DNA of 64,000 nt from Rhizodiscina lignyota (lineage: Eukaryota). The position numbers were made by a program, and so were the translations under genes. Below are positions 1 through 12,943 of this stretch, in pieces; position 1 is the first letter of the stretch; each line of letters opens with the position of its first letter. The notes under the pieces were generated by a model, which worked only from the letters and a program-made list of their open reading frames with translations, did not search any database and was not told where the DNA came from. The DNA lies in contig ML978126.1 in assembly GCA_010015805.1 (NCBI GenBank), positions 310,001-374,000 of the forward strand. The letters are read 5' to 3'.

Positions 1-1411
1 ACGGTTCCTATCGGAGTGAAGATTCTGGTACAGAAGGGAAAGCTCCAAAAGCGCGCGAACCGACCGGCACAGTCCCTCCTGTTAGTACCAAGAGAAAGTA
101 CAGACGCCACCCTAAGGTTAGCGATATCGGCACCCCCTTTGCTTCTCTGTCTGATTATTGAAACAGCCGGACGAGAATGCGCCAGAGCGCCCAGCATCAG
201 CATATGTGATTTTCTCCAACCGTAAGTAGGGCGGCGCTTTTGTCCTTAACGCCAGTATCTCATGTGACGTTTAGAGGTTCGAGAGACCCTCAAGGGTCAA
301 GATTTATCGTTCGCCGATATCGCCAAAATTGTTGGCGAAAGATGGCAGGTGCTTTCTCCGGAATCTCGAGAAGCTTGTGATAAACAAGCCTCAGCTGCGA
401 AAGAGAAGTATTATCAACAGCTTGCAGAGTACAAGAAAACACCAGAGTACTCCCAATACCAGGTGTACCTCGCGGAGTTCAAAGCAAAACATGCAAACCC
501 AACAGGTGGCGGAGGTTTGTTTCCCATTCCCAAAAATTTGGTTTTAACATTAATAATGGGTGTTAGAAGGCAAGCGATCAAAGTTAGAAACGGAGACAAG
601 TGTATCAACTCAGAGCAGCGCAAGCGTATTTGGGGGGTCTGATCGCACCATTGGAAGACGGTCAGATAGCGGGGCGGGCGTGCCCCCTGGCAGTCACCAT
701 CGATCAGTCTCTACAGAAGTGTACGAGCCCTATGGTGCGACGAGCATCCCGTCGACTTCAGCATCTCCAGCAACACGGCCTTATTCCAGCGTGAATTCTC
801 CTCGACTTCAAGGCGAATACCCTCCAATGGCAACGTCCCCGGGCACTGTGCCTCCGGCTTTCCGGGAATCTCTTTTAACGACCGGTCTTCCACTGCATGA
901 CTTGCGCGAACGACATCAAAATCCTTCACCTCCTGGTGCTCCTTACTTACCTCCGTCGGGAAGCCCTCCCACCGCATACATACCGCAACATCAAAATGTT
1001 CACCAACCGCACCCACGCAGACCCCCACTGGATGTACTTGCACCTCCACCCCTAACGCGAGCCGATTCTTCAGTGCCTTCGGTTCCTTCTTTGGCTCACA
1101 CGGATACCAGCGCTTCATCTGTGAGCGGCGCAGGCAGCAGGCAGTCTAGTTACGCTGGTCCACATCTCACTTCACTTCCGCCAATGGATGCGTCCAAATC
1201 ACATCGCATCTTACCGCAACCAGTCGCGTCTGCCTCATTACAGAGTCCGCACGATACTCCGAGTCCTGCATTACCAACCAGATCGGCGTTGCCGCAAACC
1301 ACTGCACCTGCTCCGAGCGACTCCAGAGCAGGATGGTCGGCTCTTCTTATGGCGACTGACCTGATGAGGGATGCCGACCGGCGTCCACCACCCGAAGACA
1401 AACCGCCTTGA
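1..1411 (+). CDS. HMG-box DNA-binding protein, 5' partial, multi-exon (introns 117-166, 222-274, and 506 or 515 to 566)
   Basis: Splicing gives KRKYRRHPK-PDENAPERPASAYVIFSN-QVRETLKGQDLSFADIAKIVGERWQVLSPESREACDKQASAAKEKYYQQLAEYKKTPEY, a typical HMG box. A long Pro/Ser-rich tail follows to the stop at 1411. GT..AG boundaries keep the frame. Confidence 0.9.
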
Positions 1412-2187
1412 GTGCAAGATACATTTCCAGCGGCGGTTCATGATTAACTTGAGAACTTGAAATGGATATACCATACGGACCTTCAAACAAATGGAGGCGT
1501 TTTTGTTTTACTATGGCAGCATTTGCTTGCTTTTTTTACTTTCGACTACCACTCTTGCGGGAACGGATTACGGCTTGCGCCGCGTGTTCAGTGAAATTGG
1601 TCGGGTTTAACCGCATTACATTCTGACGGCCACGGCAACGAAAGATTGCATTTTCGATGATTGTTGCGAAATATATGGCACGCACATCATCGCAAGGCGA
1701 GTGACGATGCAGAAACTGTACATAGATGCATTACGTTTCACCGTCCTCAAACAGGAAAATTCGGCCTTTGCTGAGCGTTCAACCTTCTTCCGAATTTGAA
1801 AGCAGCGCATTGCTGATATGAGAATGACCTTGCCTTGAGCCCATGCCTCGCCTCACGAATTAAAGTGCTACAGCTGTGCGTGTGGGCGTGGAGTAAGCGG
1901 ATTAGGTCATAGGTCCCGCCCCAAGTTTCATGTGCCAAGAGACGTCGTGCTGCTTTACATCCTCCACTTCCACAGAGTATTAGCTGGCTATTCTCTATTT
2001 CTCATCCCGTGACTCTGGCGTTCGATAAGCACTGCTGTTCTGTCTCTACGTTCTTGCCCTTTTTCGATTTCCCCACTGACGATACCCCTGTACGCGCAAA
2101 TCCGGTAATTTCATAAAAATTCGCTCGACGTCATCTCCACCACGTCTTCATCCATTTCCCTCCTGGAATTCGACTTTCACCACCATA

Positions 2188-3251
2188 ATGTCTCATAAGG
2201 AGCCCGATCCATCCGAAGTCCCGGTGAAGTATGGCACAGAGCGGCGCCTCTTTACTCTCCGAATCCTCCGGCCTCATGAGGTCCCTCAACATCCGGCTCT
2301 CCCCCTGCAGCCCAATGCGCCAGACATGCCTCAGCCCGATATCAAAAGTTTCATCAACACCGCGCTTTCCGAGTCGCTCGGCTTCATCGACGAGACGTGG
2401 CCTGTGCTTGCGTCGAAGGGAGAGAAGGCGTCGCCGCCGTCAAAGGCCAAAGTCGCGCTGTTCGGTAAGGACATCAACAACCCACACGGCGCGCCGGAAT
2501 GCTGGTTCGCGAGGCGCAGCATCCACGAAGGGCGCAAAGAGGAGGGTACGGCAGATTGGGGAGAGTTTGTGAGCGGGTTGTTCGATGGGCATTCGGTCAA
2601 TGAGAAGGAGTACACGCCTGACGTGTTTGACGCTCGGAAGATCCTGGACTGGGGCGAGGATGTTGGGAAGGCGTTTGAAGGGGATGAGCAATGGGCGGAA
2701 GTCAGTATGTGCGGTAAGTGATCTGCTGTTTTCTCTTCTTGCAGGCATGTTTCTATTCTTATGTTTTCACGTAACTTCCACCGTTTCCTTCATGCTCCCT
2801 GGAGTTGAATTGCGGAAACAATCGAGCGTCCCTCATCTGATGTTGTCTCCAAGCATACGAAATGGCCCATAAGATACCCGTCCTCAGCAACCGCGTCTTC
2901 CCGGAACTCATCATCGCCGCAAAATACAAACCGCACACACCCCATCACTCGGCCTTTGTCTTCGTGCAGATACCGCTGAATCTGGAGACGTCTCCCGACG
3001 CCTTCTACAGCAATGGCAGCAATAAGACGAAAGGCGAAGGTCTGCAGAAGAAAGATGTCGTGCTAGGCCGCTACGTAAGTATGGAGAGATGCATAGAAAG
3101 AGCAGATGGGAAGATCAGCTGGGAGATGGCGACTGCGAGTGATGCAGCCGGAGCACTGCCCATGCCACTGCAGAAGTTCGGTGTCCCAGCAGCGGTGGTG
3201 AAGGACGTGGGGTTATTCTTAAGCTGGACAGCGAAGCGAAGAGGGCCATGA
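2188..3251 (+). CDS. DUF3074-like conserved fungal protein (two exons; intron 2714-2853)
   Basis: ORFs 2188-2721 and 2862-3251 join in frame through GTAAGT...AAG. Motifs WFARRSIHEG, WGEFVSGLFDGHSVNEKEY, GRYVSMERC and WEMATASDAAGALP match my recollection of fungal DUF3074 proteins. Confidence 0.75.
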
Positions 3252-4022
3252 CGAAGGAATGACTGATGGATAGATTACGGACGGTATATCAAATTTGGCT
3301 CTGGAATACCCTTACATCTCTTTTACTCTCGGTCGTAATTAATGGCGCTAAGACAACGAAGCAGTTTACGCACATCAGTTCAACGACGATTCTCTCCGCT
3401 CGGCTACGTTCTTTGTTCTTCAGTCACGCATGGGCCTTTGGAATTATCGCCCTGCAAGGAGACACGTGCAGATGCGCGCTGCGCGCAACCGCGAGACGCG
3501 ACGTGACACAGGCATGACTCCGTTTGCCTTCAAATGTGAATGTGATTGATTTGCGAAACGCTGATTCGACGCCACCCCCGTTCATGATAAGCAGTCCTAT
3601 TACAGCACAGATTGTCGCGCGGATGGCCGGACCGATCCATCCTGCAGCTCTTGTCGGCGAATCGCGCGCGTCGATGGCGTCTGGTGGCTTCAGGGACGTT
3701 TCTTTTCTTCTCACAGAGTCACAGTCAATTGAACTTGTCTCACATTTCCAAGGATTTAGAAGAAGAGAAGAGTCATCGCGAAGCCACTGCCGTCAATTTT
3801 CTCGAGTTTCCAGGCTGCCATCATGATCGCTACAGCTTTGAAGCTGCGGTAGATGGCTCAACTCTTCAATTCAATCTTTCTCTTCTCCTTCTATCCTCCA
3901 CCATAAGCTCTCATAGTTCTGACCATCTTCCATTCTCAATTCGTAGAGTGAAATATTGTTACTTGCCATATCTCGAGCGTTGATACATCCATAAGCTCAC
4001 CAAACTCTTTCCAAAGCCAAGA

Positions 4023-4667
4023 ATGCCGGAACCATGGTGGAACAAGACAGGACTGGAGAACTGGTCGAACCAGTGTGCAATAATGTCATACTGGGGTATC
4101 ACTGCAGAACAGTATGCCGCTATCCATGCCACTATCGAGAGAAGGTTGGAAGCTGACGGGATCCTCGACTTGGTCCGTAACGGCTTCCAGCTCGGCAAGA
4201 TGTCCTATAACCCCATTCGTCGGGCCGCACACCGGTCGACTCACGTCGTCCCTGAAATCGGTGAAAGGATCCTCAATGGTGCTCGTGTGCGTACCCTAGG
4301 GCCCGCAATCTCAATGGCCTTACAGTGCATCAACGATCATGCCAGGCAGGCACCGCCCGCATGCAGTGAAGGAGATCTTGGCGATGAGTCCATGTCTGGA
4401 GAAGAAGAGCCTCCCAGAACTCGACGACGTCGCATTGGCAGTGGAGCGAGAGTAAATTGCCTTCATGCCAGCAGCCCTGGTGACGGCCACGACCAATGCG
4501 TGCCTCTCGGGCAATCCCATGCGTCCCGAAGACTCGTATCACCCTGTGATACAGAGAACGCTACAAAAGGCGCTCGTCCAGCACCGCAGGTCGCGCAGAC
4601 CAACCGAATAGACCGCCGTGTCTTGGGAGAGATCCAGCCTCGTAGCTCAGGGAGCTCCGTATCTTGA
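4023..4667 (+). CDS. Hypothetical protein (214 aa ORF; 3' structure uncertain)
   Basis: ATG-initiated ORF with a protein-like helical N-terminus and an acidic/basic patch (EEEPPRTRRRR). No recognisable domain. Confidence 0.35.
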   Translation: MPEPWWNKTGLENWSNQCAIMSYWGITAEQYAAIHATIERRLEADGILDLVRNGFQLGKMSYNPIRRAAHRSTHVVPEIGERILNGARVRTLGPAISMALQCINDHARQAPPACSEGDLGDESMSGEEEPPRTRRRRIGSGARVNCLHASSPGDGHDQCVPLGQSHASRRLVSPCDTENATKGARPAPQVAQTNRIDRRVLGEIQPRSSGSSVS

Positions 4668-5633
4668 ATGCGTAAGACCTCCAGGCCCGCCTTCTTTCCA
4701 GTGAGCCGGGCTTGACTGCTTTTCCCAGTCACCACGATTAGGATGCATTGCTCACTTGACACTCCTCAAGGTCCCTTGCGAACGCTTCTTCAATAACATG
4801 CCACATACCCTCCCTGTGCTCGAATTCATCGTACTGCACCTCCCTTCCTATGTCAATGCTCTTAGCGAACTTCATCACCTAAAAGACAAGACAGAGCGAC
4901 GACGCCGACAACGGGGTTCACGACGCGAACGTAGCTTCGACTCATGAACGGCGTTGTCAAAGGGAAGAATACAGAGCTGGGATAGAGGAGGGAGATCTTT
5001 CGACGACGTGCAAGCTACACGACGGGAAATGTAAAGACACCAGTTCAGGCAGGCAGAATCCGTTGCTGTGCAAAAGTACTACAATACAACCAAGCCACCG
5101 ATGGCAGGACTTGCAGGGGACATGCTATGGTGATGACGGTCTGAGAAATACGATTTGACTTCAGTTCAATGCTCTAAGGAGCGGACTAAGAAATGTCGAC
5201 AACGAGCCCGTCATGGATGGCGAGGGACTAGCCAGGCACGATCGGGTACCTGCCGCCTTTATATGCACAAAATGATCTCGAGTCGGGTTGCGGGTTAGAG
5301 CTTGACAGTTGGCGAGTGGAGGTCGAAGGACAGTTCAGGACAGACACATGTTTGCCGCCGAGCACAAGAACAATCACTGTCTCACATCTTCAGACACAAA
5401 CGTCAAGAGCAGACCTGTCAACACCCTAAGATTCAATGAACCGAACGAAGCGAATGTCGCATTTTGTAAAACGCCGCCGCTGATGCTAATGCATGGTATC
5501 AAGCCCCACGAGTGCCCCATCCCTATGTTAACCGCATGATGCCCGTCGCCGTGCAATTGAAAGCAACTCTATCCAAGCAAGCCACACCATATCCATGCAG
5601 CATACAAGCCAGCCAGTCCCGCTATTACACAGT

Positions 5634-7541
5634 TCACACAAGGCCCCTCCACTCAAAGCCGCCATCGACATTCCTCCACCCCTCCTGCGCAAACGCCCTC
5701 TCCCACCCCATCATCACCGCCAGCAGGCGGCAGCCCATGGCGCTGACCCCGCACACCACCACATCCGCCTCCGCTAGCACCGCGAGGTCAAGAACGTACC
5801 CGTTCCCGATCCACCGCCGCATCTGCATCACGCCGTCGCCGGGCTCGCTAGCCAGCGCGCTCGCGCCCGGCGCGTCGCGGCCCAGGCCCCAGAAGACGTC
5901 GTGAAAGAAGCCGCCCTCCCACCCGTGGATCTCGTCGACGTACTTGTTCTTCGGCTGCGCGTCGGGGTTGGCCTTCTCGATGGCCTTCTTGGACGCGAGG
6001 ACGATGCGCGTCTGGGCGCGCTCGGTGCGCGCGACGTCGGGCGCGTCGTAGATGTCCGGGTCGTCGGTGGCGAGGAGCAGCTTGGAGGCCACGACGCCGG
6101 CGGACGGGCTGCCGTGGCGCTTGGCCTTCTTGCGGACGGGGAGGACGAGGAAGCGGTTCTTGGCGTCGGACAGCATGGTCGAGATGCCGGATGTGGAGGC
6201 GTGCGACAGGCCGGAGTGGGTGTACGCCTTCTCTTCCTCTTCGTCGTGCTCGTACCGGTCGAGCAGGACCTGGCGCGCTTCGTCCATGTAGTGGGTCAGC
6301 GGGATGTAGTCTTTGCTATACTGGTACTCCCAGGGATGCCTGTCGCCCCTTCTGACATGCAGGCCGATCGTCATGCCGCCCGCCTCCTTCGTCTCCTGCA
6401 CGTCACTTCTCCGCTGCTTCACGTACTCCACGTCGTCCGGGTCCGCGAGGTGGAATAGTGCCTCGTATCCGGTGCGTGCAAGGGCAAAGATCCGGCGCTG
6501 TTGCTCCACGCCAGTCTTTCGGAGATCCTCGAACTCGTTATTGAAGTCCATGCCAAAGGCATGTGGAAACGTAGCAGCAGAGATGACGATATGGGCAGCA
6601 GTATGCGGGCATGGAACGCGATGAGAAGGGGGTGGCGGGGCGCAGTTGGCGGCGGGTATGGGCCTGAAGTAAGAGCTGTAGTTTCCATACGGCCTAAGGA
6701 CTGCAGTTAGAAGGCTTTGATGCCAAATGCATGATAGAAGACCGGTATTGACTCACCACCGCGTATCATCGACGAAGAAACTCCTGCCTTCTTTCTGCGC
6801 CAGGCCATATGCCATCCACAATCCCAGGAGCGAATTCCCGATCCCGGCATCGCTCGTCTCCATCACGTAGGTCAAGGTGCCCTTGCACTGCGGTAGGCTG
6901 CCAATAACCTCGTCCATCGCTCCACTGCCGCCTTTGGCATAGCCAAGCAGACCCTTCCTTTCCGCCTCTGGGACGTCCATGAAGTCCGGGTCAGCACCGT
7001 AATACCTGTGGCTTTTCCTCTGCTTCTTGCTGTCCGCGATGTGCAGCGTCATCTCGTCCGCCTGGCTGCAGATCTCCTTGTACTGCGCAGGGATGAGAGG
7101 GAATGCATACTTGGGCGGTATCGAGACCGTCCAGCGCGGCTTGCCCGAATGGTCCGTCAACATGACGACCGATGGGTCCGAGGGAAGCGCGCTGTCTCCC
7201 ACCATCTCGTACTGCGCCTCTTGCTGGGCTCGCTGGGACGACGCGCGCCCGCCAGAGAACAGTTGCAGCGCCGTCCATCCGAAGATCATGAACACGCCGA
7301 AGGCGACGACCGCTCGCTTGATGCGTCGGTATGGAGCGGGCACGGGTTTCTTGCCATGCCGGGGGATGAGCGACGGGAGCGCCGGCGACGGAGGCGGCGA
7401 TGGGCCGAAGTAGCTTTGCCTAGGAACGCGAGGTGATAGGCCGCCGCTTGTGACTGGGGAGTGTGCCGAGTGGGCGGACGAGATGGAAAGGCTCATGCTC
7501 TTGCGAGCATGCATTTTGAGTGGTATGTGTGTGTTCAACAT
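5634..7541 (-). CDS. Type II membrane glycosyltransferase of the alpha-1,6/alpha-1,2-fucosyltransferase superfamily (GT23/FUT8/NodZ-like); intron 6694-6756
   Basis: N-terminal TM segment (AVVAFGVFMIFGWTAL), GIGNSLLGL loop, motif I IGLHVRRGD, motif II LLLATDD and motif III DLAVLAEADVVVCGVSAMGCRL. The splice GTGAGT...CTAAC...TAG restores DDTRW-PYGNY. Confidence 0.8.
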
Positions 7542-9606
7542 GGCAGACGGGTGTTACCTCGAGATTCTGTGGAAGATGGCGGCCTCCAGCGCGGCAGCCA
7601 TCGCAGCGCACGGGGTGCAGGCTGTTGTCGTCTATCCCAGTGGTGTGTGTGCGTGTGGTGTTGACGTCAAGTCTGTAGACAGGAACCCCAGTGCCGTCGA
7701 AGCCTTGGCCTGAAGGCAGGATGTAATTTTCGACCAGCGATATCTGATTTGCGCAGAAGAGAAAAAAGACGTCGCCTAAAGAAGGATGCAATGCTCGCGT
7801 CGAGTCGATGTCGGCGGCGCCACGAGGCCTATCATAAGAGCAGACTTATTAAGCTTCACCTAACATGTGAGAGGCACAACTCGCCGAACGAAGGCCCCCT
7901 CTTCAGGCAGTGTTATGTAGCACTCCAAGCGCGAACGAGAGCGGTGGAAGAGAGGAAAACGGCGACGAGAGACAGGCGGTCACGAGGCGACGTCCTGAGA
8001 TCAGCGCAGAGCTTACTCGTGCAAAGTGAAGTGCTCTCCACATATCTGCGAGTCGATCCTGCCTGCCACATCTCGCAGGCCAATGGCCGATCCTGCCTCG
8101 CCTGCAACGCTGCCGGCAGGCCCCGAGAGGCCTTGCGCCCGTACGCACCCTAATTCCTCGTGCGAATCCTCACTCAATCTCCAGCGCCCTTCCTCCCCGA
8201 CGAAGGCAGCGTGGGCTCGCAATTTTGGGCGTCGGCGGGAAGCGAGCATCGCTGGGCAGGCAGGGAGTGACGTTGATGACCGCTCACGCCGGCCATTCGC
8301 CAATCAGCGCGCGCGTGGCTGATGCGAAACGGGCGTGCTGAAACTTCCGAAACAGCCGCCAAGCCTGCGCGCCATACCGCGCGGGGAAAGGATCGAGCGG
8401 CGGGCCCAGTGTGCGGCGCGCTGCTATTTGCGGGCGGGGCGCAAACTCGTAACGGCGCGCTGAGATGGGTAAGAGGTACGAGGCTCAAAGGAATCGTCGC
8501 CGCATGGCAGGATGGGCCCCGAAACATCGACTGATCCTCATCTGCTCAGCTGCTCTCCTGGCAATGATGGACGCTGAGAGCCTCACGGAGCACGAAATTT
8601 GACCCCTGGCTATCATGCACCAGCTGTGGAAGCAGGACACGGTGCACTGGCAATACGTTGTATTTATAGTCTGAATAGATGCTGTCTGACGTATATCGTA
8701 CCGAGCTTTCAATAATGCTCTCGCCTAAGCTGAAGCCGAAGCTGAAGAGCACAAGCTCGTTTAGATATGCTGGACCCTTTCGATGCCCACCGGGGTCAGC
8801 TACTTGGTCGCCAGGGGCGGGAATAAGCGCAGTGTTGACGTAGTCCGCCGTAGCCTCGCGAGGCAACCACAACGCAGCTAAGGCCTCTACCCCCGCGATC
8901 ACATTCCCAGCGTCAAGAAAAGGGGTCCAGCCAGCGGAGCTTCAACTTCATCTCCCATTAATGTCTTATTCTTCGCAGCGCAGTCGGAAGCGAAAACATC
9001 GCCTATAGTACATTCAAATTTTTGCCCAATCCCAATCGTGCCCCAATCCGGCCTCGCAGCCGCACCATATAAACCAGAGTTGAAGAGAGAGAAAAAAAAA
9101 AAAGACGCCTGGTTTCGCGCCCCAAGGCCCCCCAGGCAAGTTCATCCAACGTTCCAAACCCCCATCCACTCCACCAATCAAACAAAGTAGACCCAAGAAG
9201 CGACCGTGGCATTAGTACAACCCATGCCCCCAAAAAGGTGGGTGGAACAGCAAAAGGGTATCAACGAAAAAAGAAGAAGGGGGTGAAAAGCCAAATTGAA
9301 GCAAAAAACAAAAGGCCTCGCTCGTCACACTGTGGTATGCCGAAATGCACAAAGTTTTCCTTCCTCCTACGCGCCTGGTGAACCCGCATTGTTCGCGTAG
9401 ACGCCAGCCCGTCATAGGCCAGATAGCTCTCTCGTCACATCGCGCAAGCGCTCAACGTCAGAATTTCTGCTCTTTGCAGTCGCCCATGCAACTCCTTGCT
9501 CAACCGTGGGAAGCCCAGATCTCATGCAGCGCTTTTGTGAGAAAGGGGTTATATAAAACCCATCGTATGCCGCGTCGTTTCGTGTGAAAGTCCGCCCGCT
9601 CATTCT

Positions 9607-12600
9607 TCAAGGACTCGTGACAATCCGCACACTACTACTCCTCCGACTCGTCTTTGGGCTCTTGACCCCGATCCCGCTGTCGATTCTGTCATTCCCTGTC
9701 GTTTTGGGCTGTGCGCCCGCCGTCGTCTGATCCAGCTCCTCGATGACGCTCTCGCTCTCCTCCTCGATCTTCTCGTGTGAGTTGCGCTTCTCATGTGAGT
9801 TGCGGGGCGAGCGCGACTGCGAGTGAGAGTGCGACTGTGCGGCGACCTTCTCCTTGATCATCTCGTCGAGCATCTTCGTCACGCTGTCGACACTCTTGTG
9901 GCCCGGGCCGTCGTGTCGTTCTCTCGCTGGGCTGATTGCCATACCCAGACCGTGGACGCTGCTGCTGCTCGCCGCGCGCGCCACGCTCAAGCGGGGGCTC
10001 ACACTCGAGGTCAGGCTCGTCGGCGAGCGGCCCGAGCTGCGTCTGCTGCCATCGACACTCCCACCAGTGTCGAGCGTCAGGTCCGCAATCTCTCTCTTCC
10101 TGGCCGCGGACCTCAACGCCGTGACCATGCGGTCTTTGTCGTCCAGCCGTGCCTTCAGCTCCGCGATCTCCGCATCCTTCTCTTTCAGCAACTGATCGAC
10201 GCCGCTCTCAGCGTCACTGGACAGCTCTCTCGTATGGCGATGGCTTGATGAGAAGCCCATGCTAATTCTGCTAACGCTGCTCCGCCGCGCCTGCAGCAGC
10301 CTCTTCTCCAGCGTGCTGATGTACCGATTCTTATCTGCCAGATCCGCCTGCAATGCTCGGACCTGCAGATTTAGGCTCGCGGTGCCATCGCCGTTCTCAT
10401 CGAATGCGTCGACTTCCTCCTCGCTGCCCGTCTCGTTGATCGGCCCCGCAGTACTCGTCGTCATCGCGCTCAAACCCTTGAGGCTACGCACGCTTGCCGC
10501 CGAACTGTTGCGATTTATGGTGCCGGGAAGACTCGGCGCCTCCAGTGTTGCCGCGCTGCTCCGCTGGCTTCGTGAAGTGGAGAAGTTATCGGCGTTGCTG
10601 GTAACGCTCGTGCGTTGGATACTGAGGCTGCTGAACGATCTGTTGGCGCCATAGTTGACACCAATGGATTTCGAAGACAGAATGAGGCGGTTGAGATGCT
10701 CGATGCGCTCTTTCAACGCAGTGCGCGCAAGTTGCATCTCCAACATCTGCTCCTCGTGGCGCTGATCCTGTTCCTTCTCACGCGCCTTGTCCTTCTCCTT
10801 TTCCTCTTCCACAGAGAGCGGCTCCTCCTCCTTCTCCTGCTCTTCTTTTGGCTCCTTCTTGCTAGCGGGGACCATGACCGTGGTGCCATTCTGCTCTTTG
10901 ACCTCCTCCAGCTGTCGACGCAGTTCGGTAATCTCCAAACGGTATCTATCGAGAAGAGCGGCCGCAGCACCAGATCCGCCAAAAGCCTCCTCCGCCTTCT
11001 TGGCATGGCTGACAATGTTGTTCTTTGCCCTCGACGCGAATTTAAGTGTGTTGAGAGTCTCGCCCGTATGATTCTGCGCCGAAGCCACACTACCCGCCGA
11101 CCCAATCTGAATGGTACATAGGATGCTAACGAGTGAGCCTCCAGACAGAGCCGGCTGCAGCAATCTCGTGAGCTTGCTGTCTCGATACGGCAAATGCTTG
11201 CCGTCTTTGCCGCCGCCAGGCTTCTCCTTGTCGCCAGAGAGATTCGCAATGACGGTACCCAGTGTGAGAAGACTCTTGTTGATATGTGCTCCTTCCGTTC
11301 TCCGCTCCTTGCTCTCAGCAGCCTTTTCGGAACCTGCAAGATCAATAAGACTAAGTGTAGATACGCGGACACCGCCTGGAAGCAGTGCAGCGCGTTTGCT
11401 TTCTTTGGTTTCCTGCATCGCTCCGTTGCCGGGCGTCCGTTCTCTCGATTCCACGACAATCTGGACAACAGCGTGCGACCGCGAGCTTCGTGCATTCCAT
11501 TGCGTACTTCCTGTTCGTCTCGCGTTGTCGCCACGCGCAATGACGCGGAGGAGTTGTGTGGGGCTCTGCACAATCTCTTCCTTGAGCGGCGTCGCGTACA
11601 CTCCCCGCTTACTGTCCTCCCGCAGCTTGATCTCTTCCTGGGGGGCTTGCATGCCACCGAAACCAGTCGCAGGCGCGGCTAACAAGTCGTGAATCCTCTC
11701 GTTGTAGATTTCCAAGTAGCTGACTCGAAGGAGGAACTCGCGGTGAGGAGTTTCGCGGATGAAGGAGAAAATGTCGGTGATGGCGAGAGGGATGACACCA
11801 GGATTCGTAGCAGTGCCTTGCATGGAGAACGTCTTGCCCGTTCCAGTCATACCGTATGCGAAGACGGTGCCGTGGTAGCCTTCCATGACCCGTCTGACAA
11901 GTCGTTTGGCGGCCGAGTCGTATACTTTTGGGTTATTGTCGTGTGTCGTGAAAACATTGTCTGCAGACAAATCAGAACTCCAAATAGCTCTCCAGACATG
12001 ACGGCAGAAACGAGAAAGGTGCCATACCGTAATAGTACTCTCCTCCCTCTCGCCCCTTATATGAAATGAGAGATCTCCGTCCGTCCACCATCCACTCCAA
12101 TTCACTTTTGCTGCCCTCATTGTTGCCCGCATCAGGTCTCACCCTAACACTGACAATCACATTGCCCTTGTCCTTCCCGTCCTTCACTGATGACCGCCTA
12201 TCCCCCGTCCTGTCTACGGGTGTCGTGTCACGCCCCCTGTCGTCATCGCCCAGATCTTCTATCGTAGTCGCACTCGTCGCGTACGAGCCCAGGGCGGACG
12301 AATTCCTGCTATCTGGTGAAGGCAGTGTGAGTAGCGTGCTTGACACGGATTTACGATCTCCACTACCATCAATCAGGCTTGGAGAGTTGGAACTGGGTAT
12401 CTTGAGCGACGTGGCGCGTGAGGACATGCGTGTTTTGGCGATGCTGCTCGTCCGAGGAGGCGCAGGCTTCGCCCCTGTGGAGTGCCGTTGTTTCGAGCTT
12501 GGTGTCTTCATCATATCTGCTGCTGTAAAGTCGGACGCGTCTGGAGTGGGAGGCGCGCTGATCCGCGGTGCGGTTCTTGGTGGCTGCGGGAAGGCACCTA

Positions 12601-12943
12601 TGCTAACGGTCTTTCTAACGGCCTTCTCAGAAGTTGGGGTTGTGGGAGTTGCGGTGTTGCTGTTTGTGTTTGTGATTGGTGAGTGAGTTGCCGGGATGTT
12701 GGGCGCGTTTTTGCTCTTCGACGGCTTCGAGAGGGTAGGGAGGGACGAGGTCGAGACAGTGCGGGCCGTTGAGGGAGTGGGAGCTAGTGAGGCGCCCGAG
12801 CCCCGTCGTGAGTGTGGTGAAGTGGTGGAGGAGATGGAAGATTTGCGACTCTTCGGGATCGGGAGAGAAGGGAGAGGGCCCGTGGGTGGGCCGAAGGACG
12901 GGCGTGAGTGTGACGGGCGTGGCAGGGTCGACATGGTGGCCAT
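9607..12943 (-). CDS. kipA: Kinesin motor protein, kinesin-7 (Kip2/KipA/Tea2-like); intron 11961-12027
   Basis: VSVRVRP start of the motor, P-loop AYGMTGTGKT, SSRSHA, LIDLAGSE, HINKSLLTLG and HLPYRDSKLTRLLQ. A long disordered N-terminal extension precedes the motor and coiled coils follow it. Confidence 0.92.

Noticed and set aside
1..1411. HMG-box gene as mating-type MAT1-2-1
   Set aside because: The box is of the PDENAPERP..AYVIFSN type rather than the MATA_HMG IPRPPNA type, and no APN2 or SLA2 neighbour is present in the window.
9823..12686. Long ORFs antisense to or out of frame with the kinesin (also over the glycosyltransferase, LYAR and RBR genes)
   Set aside because: Shadow ORFs caused by high GC3 codon usage of the real genes.
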